Shown piece after piece: positions 59,128-64,000 of a stretch of 64,000 nucleotides of DNA. The notes beneath the pieces were generated by a model. It was not told the DNA's origin. It saw only the letters and a list, made by a program, of their open reading frames with translations, and did not search any database. Numbering within the stretch: the stretch's first letter is position 1; every line of letters starts with the position of its first letter. Source of the DNA: the human T2T-CHM13v2.0 reference genome, Homo sapiens; the NCBI RefSeq assembly GCF_009914755.1, contig NC_060937.1. The stretch is one strand, 5' to 3'. Both the position numbers and the translations under genes were made by a program.

Positions 59128-59742
59128 CTTCACGCATTGCTGGTGGAAATGTAAAATGGTGCAGCATCTACAGGAAACAGTTTGTGGTTCCTCAAAAAGT
59201 TAAAGAGTTACCATATGACCCAGCTATTTTACTCCTAAGTATGTATACCCAAGGGAAATGAAAACATAACCCCACAAAAATACTTACATAAGAATATTCA
59301 CACTAGCATTAGTCACAATAGTCAAAAAGGGGAAACAACCTAAATGTTCATCAACTGATGAATGGATGAACAAAATGTCACATCCATACAATGGAATACT
59401 ATGCAGCCATAAAAAGGAACAAGTGCTACAACAATGATGGACCTCAAGAATGTTATAAGTGAAAGAAGCCAGATACAAAAGGCCACATGTTGCATGATTT
59501 CTTAGGAAATATTCAGAATAGGCAATTTCACATAGATAGCAGACTAGTGGTTGCCAAGGACTAGGAGAGAGGGAGGATGGGATGTGACTGCTTTAATGGG
59601 TAGGAAGAGATTTCCTTCTGAGATGATGAAAATGCTGAGCAACTAGACAGTGGTGAACCTCTTGAATATGTACTAAAAACCACTGACTGTACAAAAGGGT
59701 GAATTTTATAATTATGAATTACATCGTAATAAAAAAATAAAA
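59128..59742 (+). mobile_element. L1MB-like 3' end inserted in a MIR (MIR halves ~58950-59120 and ~59760-59830)
   Basis: cattgctggtggaaatgtaaaatgg...gtgaaagaagccagatacaaaaggccaca...aataaaaaa; MIR core cagtttcccc...ggataataa...ttgtgaggattaa. Confidence 0.8.
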
Positions 59743-60629
59743 ACCCAAGAGCGATTTGAAAAAAGTTAATGTGCAAAGTGCCTACAACAATTTCTTGGCG
59801 CATTGAAAGTGCTATATAAGCATTAATTATGATTACTACGATAATCTTAAGACACTCTTGTCTGCATTTTCATCATAAAGTTTTCAGAGGATAACTCACC
59901 ACTCCTCACAGGAAATTCACAGAGTAAAAATCTCACATTCATTCAGGATATACCTGCCATTTATTCTGGCATCTTCATGAGGCCAGACTCCTTGAGAGGG
60001 TTCTCAAAGGCAGTGGTTTCAGCTCACTCTTTGATACTTTCCATCTCGCCTAACAATATCAAAACCTCTGTTTATCATGGAGACCAGGAGGAAATGCTCA
60101 ATATTTGTATGTACAGTCAACCTCAGGCAAATCTGCCAGTTAAAAAAGAAGCGAGGATATGAATGCACAGGTATTTTTCTCCTAAAGAGCTAAAAAATTA
60201 CCACTACGAACTCCTCCTCACATTTGGCTCAATTTATTTACTGCATATACGTTCTCTAATTTAATCCTCAGAGTCTTCTAAATGTATAAAAAATGGTCTG
60301 AAAGTATAAATGTGTAAACGAAGGTTTAAAGATACTTGATCTCTTAATGAGTAAATGGAAGTTCAGACATATTAACCAATTTGCCACAAATTACAAAATT
60401 AGTAAATGACAGAGTGCAGGTTCCATCCCATATCCCTATCAAAGCCTATGTACACCTCAACCACTGTGTGATTCATCCTGGTTTCACTCTACATACTAGC
60501 TTAGAAAAAAATAATCAATAATTTTTCCAGGAAGAGACAATGGAGAAAAGAATAATCCCTAGTAAACGAAGTTATTATCATGAACTACAAGATCAGACTA
60601 AAGCAGACCCACCAGGCAGAGGCCTGGAG

Positions 60630-61760
60630 AGATGCCTCAGCGGACCCAAACTCGTGGGTACGGGGCCACAGGTCACCCGCCCATCTATCCTGTTTCCAGG
60701 GTCGTCAGCGCGGGAGGCTGCCCCTCTCTGCACAGGCGCCACGAACCGCGGTCCGGCCTCCGTCCAGCCCAGACAGGGTCAGGGCGAAACCTGGGAGGCC
60801 ACGAAGCCAGCTCTTCGCACCACGGCTTCCACCGGATCCGCGGGGGTGGAGTGCATCCGAAAAGAACCGAGGAGGCTCCCACCGGAGCTGCAGGACCCAG
60901 CTCTTCGCCTTGGTTCCCTTGAGCACAAGCTTGGTAGACTTCACAAAAGAGTACTCGGCCATGGCTCCGGGAGACTTCTGCGCGGAGAGGCTGAAGCCGG
61001 CTCAGGACAAGTATGTGACCTGGAGCAGCACCAGGGCGGGGAGGAACAGAAGTGGAGGCGAAGTAAACACTTCCTGACAGCGTACGTCTGTCCAGAACCC
61101 GCCTTCATCTTCACCCAAACGCTGAATGGCTGAGATTTCCACTTCCGGGTTTCTGCCACGGAGCTACAGCGGCCTCAGAGGGCCGAAAGGTGTCCGCACG
61201 CATCTGCTCCCTGGCTCCCTCTCGAGGAGCCCCTGAGGATTTGTGCCTCCCAGAGGTGGGGAAAGCCCGCCCGAGGCGCCGGTGCTGACGGTGGCGGGAC
61301 TGCCGGGCTCGCTGTGGAACCGCCTCCCGCTAGAGCTGCGGGCTGGCGACGGTCCCCGCGGGGGCGGGAAGCGGCTTAGGCTGCCCTCGTTGGCCTGCGG
61401 CGGCGAGTCTGGAAGCGGGGGCCACTCGTGCGCGGGTCACTCGGGGCTGTGCCTCGCGCAACTGTGTGTGCAGGAAACAAGCAGAAAATACCCTAAAATA
61501 GAATGAAGCGCCATGTTGAGGGCCGCGGACTTCGCGAGTGCTGTGGCAATGTGGGCTAAGGTGGAGAGTTATGGTGGCGCATGTTACAGGCTCAGGGGTC
61601 AGGAAGAAGCCTAATCGTGGAGGCGGCATCTGAGGAGGGTCTTGAACGCTGGGCAGGCTTTTGCCCGATAGAGATGGAGGAAGCTAGTCCTGTCTGCTGG
61701 AGGAAACAGGGCAGAGGCGAGGAGGGAGCCTTGCAGCGCTGGTGTGAGGAGCCGCGAGCA
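60630..61760. promoter_or_regulatory. CpG-island promoter of the FRG1 paralogue
   Basis: High GC and CpG density around exon 1; ETS-type CCGGAAGT (acttccgg at 61141-61148) near the expected TSS. Confidence 0.85.
60901..61153 (-). pseudogene. FRG1: FRG1-like exon 1 (5'UTR plus 62 coding nt, ATG at 60960-60962)
   Basis: MAEYSFVKSTKLVLKGTKAKS versus FRG1 MAEYSYVKSTKLVLKGTKTKS; donor reads AG|ctgggt. Confidence 0.95.
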
Positions 61761-63289
61761 GGCCAGGCCTGTAAAGCAGAGTGAAGGGAACCAGGATAGA
61801 GAAGGCAAATCGGGGTCCTGTGGTCACTGAAGAATTTGAATGAAATCAGTAAACAGGTGAGAGGGATCCATCGCAAGAGCATGGGATGAAAGGAGGAGTA
61901 GTCCACGGTGATTCCTCCGCAGCGGTGGGTATTATTAATCGCGTATGTGACACCAAAACGGTGGGTATTATTGATAGCGTATGTGACACCAAAACCACCC
62001 CACTCAAGTTGTGGCTCTTTCCCTAAAGTAGAAAACAGAAACCAGTTGGGTTCCAAGCATCCACGAAGATCTTACTAAATTCGTGATCCCTGGTGGCACC
62101 ATGGAGTCAGGATTGGCTCATCTCAAACCTGACTCAGAAACAAAACCATCTCAATGTGCAGAGATGAACGTCCTTACCTGCTATCATATTTTCTGGTGTT
62201 TTCACAGTGCTGCGCTTCCTAATCCCCATTCCACCGCAATCCACATGCCATGATGCCTAGAGGCATTAACAAAGGAGACACACAGGGGCTCCTCACGTTG
62301 GCTTTCCATGGTTTTGATGAAAATCTCAGTTTCCTCATCTCATACAATGTGGTTAGTAATAGTATCATTTAGGGTTGAAGAATTAAATGGTACGAATTAT
62401 ATAGGGTGCTTATAATAACCTACATGGAAAATGCCTAGGATATGTTAGCTATGCTCATCACCAACATCATTATATGATGGTAATAATCAGATAGTTAGGA
62501 AGGGCGATGCCAAGAAAATGGATACATGCTCTTGGGAATGAATGTGGAGAGATCAGAAGGTCAAGAACAAAGCTGTACAACATGTCTGCAGTAAAGGGAT
62601 AGAGAAAAGAAAGGCTATAAAAGAAGGAATGAAACAAAGTTAGAGTAAAATTATAAAATCAAAGCTAAGGACAATTTCCAGAAAGGGTAATATCATTTAA
62701 TATCATAGAGGTTTAGGAACACAAGATGGAAAAATGGCCTGTGGGTAACTGACATTGAGGTAGTCTTTAGGGAAGCTCCATTTCCGATAGAGAAGTAGAC
62801 AGAAAGTCAGCTTGAAGCAGGGACTAGGTGAAGAAGCTGTTGGCTGGTCGCATGGGGATATAAATAAGGGATCGCATATGCCATATTTCTGGGTTTCTTT
62901 CTTTCTTGCCCAGCCTCTATATATGCCTAGAGTTTGGCGAAAACTTACAAAAAATACAAATGAAACCAATTTCGTTTGTAGACTCAAATACAATGCTTTG
63001 TGTTAGAATCAAGATAAATTCATGACTCTCCCTTCTATTGTCACCGTCAGTTTTGAAATTAAACATCAGCTTTTCTTCTTCATTAAAATCATTTTCAACT
63101 CCTTCCAGGTGTTGATGGTTTGGGGGAGTTACATAAGCAGTCAGGTCTTGATGAGTAGAGGAGGAGGGAACAAACACTTTCAGCAAAGGAAAAATTCTGA
63201 AATTCTGCTCATATTTTTCTCTAGTAACTTTCCTATGTTTGTGAGGATATTCAGTCATAAAGATCCTAGTGAAATTTTTTTCAAGCTTG

Positions 63290-63442
63290 ACTAATCGTAA
63301 TCACTGTGGACTTTTGTTTAAAATGTGTATTCCCAGGCCTCTCACGTGCTGATTCTGATTCAGGAGATCACGGATGGGACTCAGAATACATGTGTTTGAG
63401 AAGTACCACAAGTGGTTCTTATGGTCAGGCAAATTTGGGAAT
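63290..63442 (+). mobile_element. MER5-like hAT remnant
   Basis: gtttaaaatgtgtattcccaggcc...gattctgattcagg...ggttcttatggtcaggcaaatttgggaa. Confidence 0.6.
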
Positions 63443-64000
63443 CTAACCAGGAATTTATGTTTTTATGACTGGCAGCTAGAAAAGATTCCTAGAGTCTTTG
63501 CTTTTTGAAAATAAAATATTTCTTTTTTAAAAGGAAAATTGTATGACTAGATACAACATTTATACATGTGGCACATGTACTATACTGTGTGCTTTTGTCA
63601 TATTTACAGTTAAAGATGTGTAAGAACACTCTGAGAAAAATTATCTATTAAATGCAAAGAGGGGTAGGTCAGGGTGGGGGAGAAATGGGACTGGTGTGCT
63701 TATTGTTGCTAAAAGGTAGAAAAGCCAGAATGATAGCCATCTAAGGTTGCAAATAGCACACTGTAAGTTGAGGGAGCTTCACAATCATGTCTGAAACCTT
63801 CTTTGATATACTGAGTTGTAAACAGTGGCTTTGGACAAGATTTGAGGGAGAAACCAACTATGCTTTAAAGTGTTCATTTAAAAGACTTTAATTAAAGGAA
63901 AGTCTTTGTATTTACTTAAGCTAATTTAACTTCAGGACTTTAACAAATTACTAGCCCTTAACCTCTTAAAAATTGTCTTTCATTTCAAATGAAAGTTTAA

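Noticed and set aside
60540-61133. 197-aa plus-strand ORF antisense to FRG1 exon 1
   Set aside because: CpG-island composition explains the open frame; no recognisable homology.

Overview
This is primate (human-like) genomic DNA, a segmental-duplication mosaic of the 4q35 FRG1/D4Z4 paralogue family. I find no intact protein-coding gene; the ORF track is almost all repeat-derived or GC-rich noise. From left to right: L1 fragments; two degenerate 5S rDNA tandem units (one full-length 5S pseudogene, one 20-nt stub, a solo LTR2 in the spacer); a ~2.2-kb minus-strand D4Z4 fragment with a homeobox-less DUX4-like 3' ORF, cut off by a Tigger1 remnant; a solo LTR5 inside a CA-rich tract; an inverted duplication whose right arm runs into a 16 x 75-bp minisatellite; ERVL-like, MLT2, MST and L1 remnants; a duplicated MLLT10 exon; a MADE1 hairpin; and a complete 9-exon unprocessed FRG1 pseudogene on the minus strand with its CpG-island promoter. 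All identifications come from recalled reference sequences, not database searches, and repeat boundaries are approximate. I cannot demonstrate a new biological system. The most testable ideas are the 5S/D4Z4 fusion and a possible LTR-driven transcript carrying only the DUX4 activation domain.
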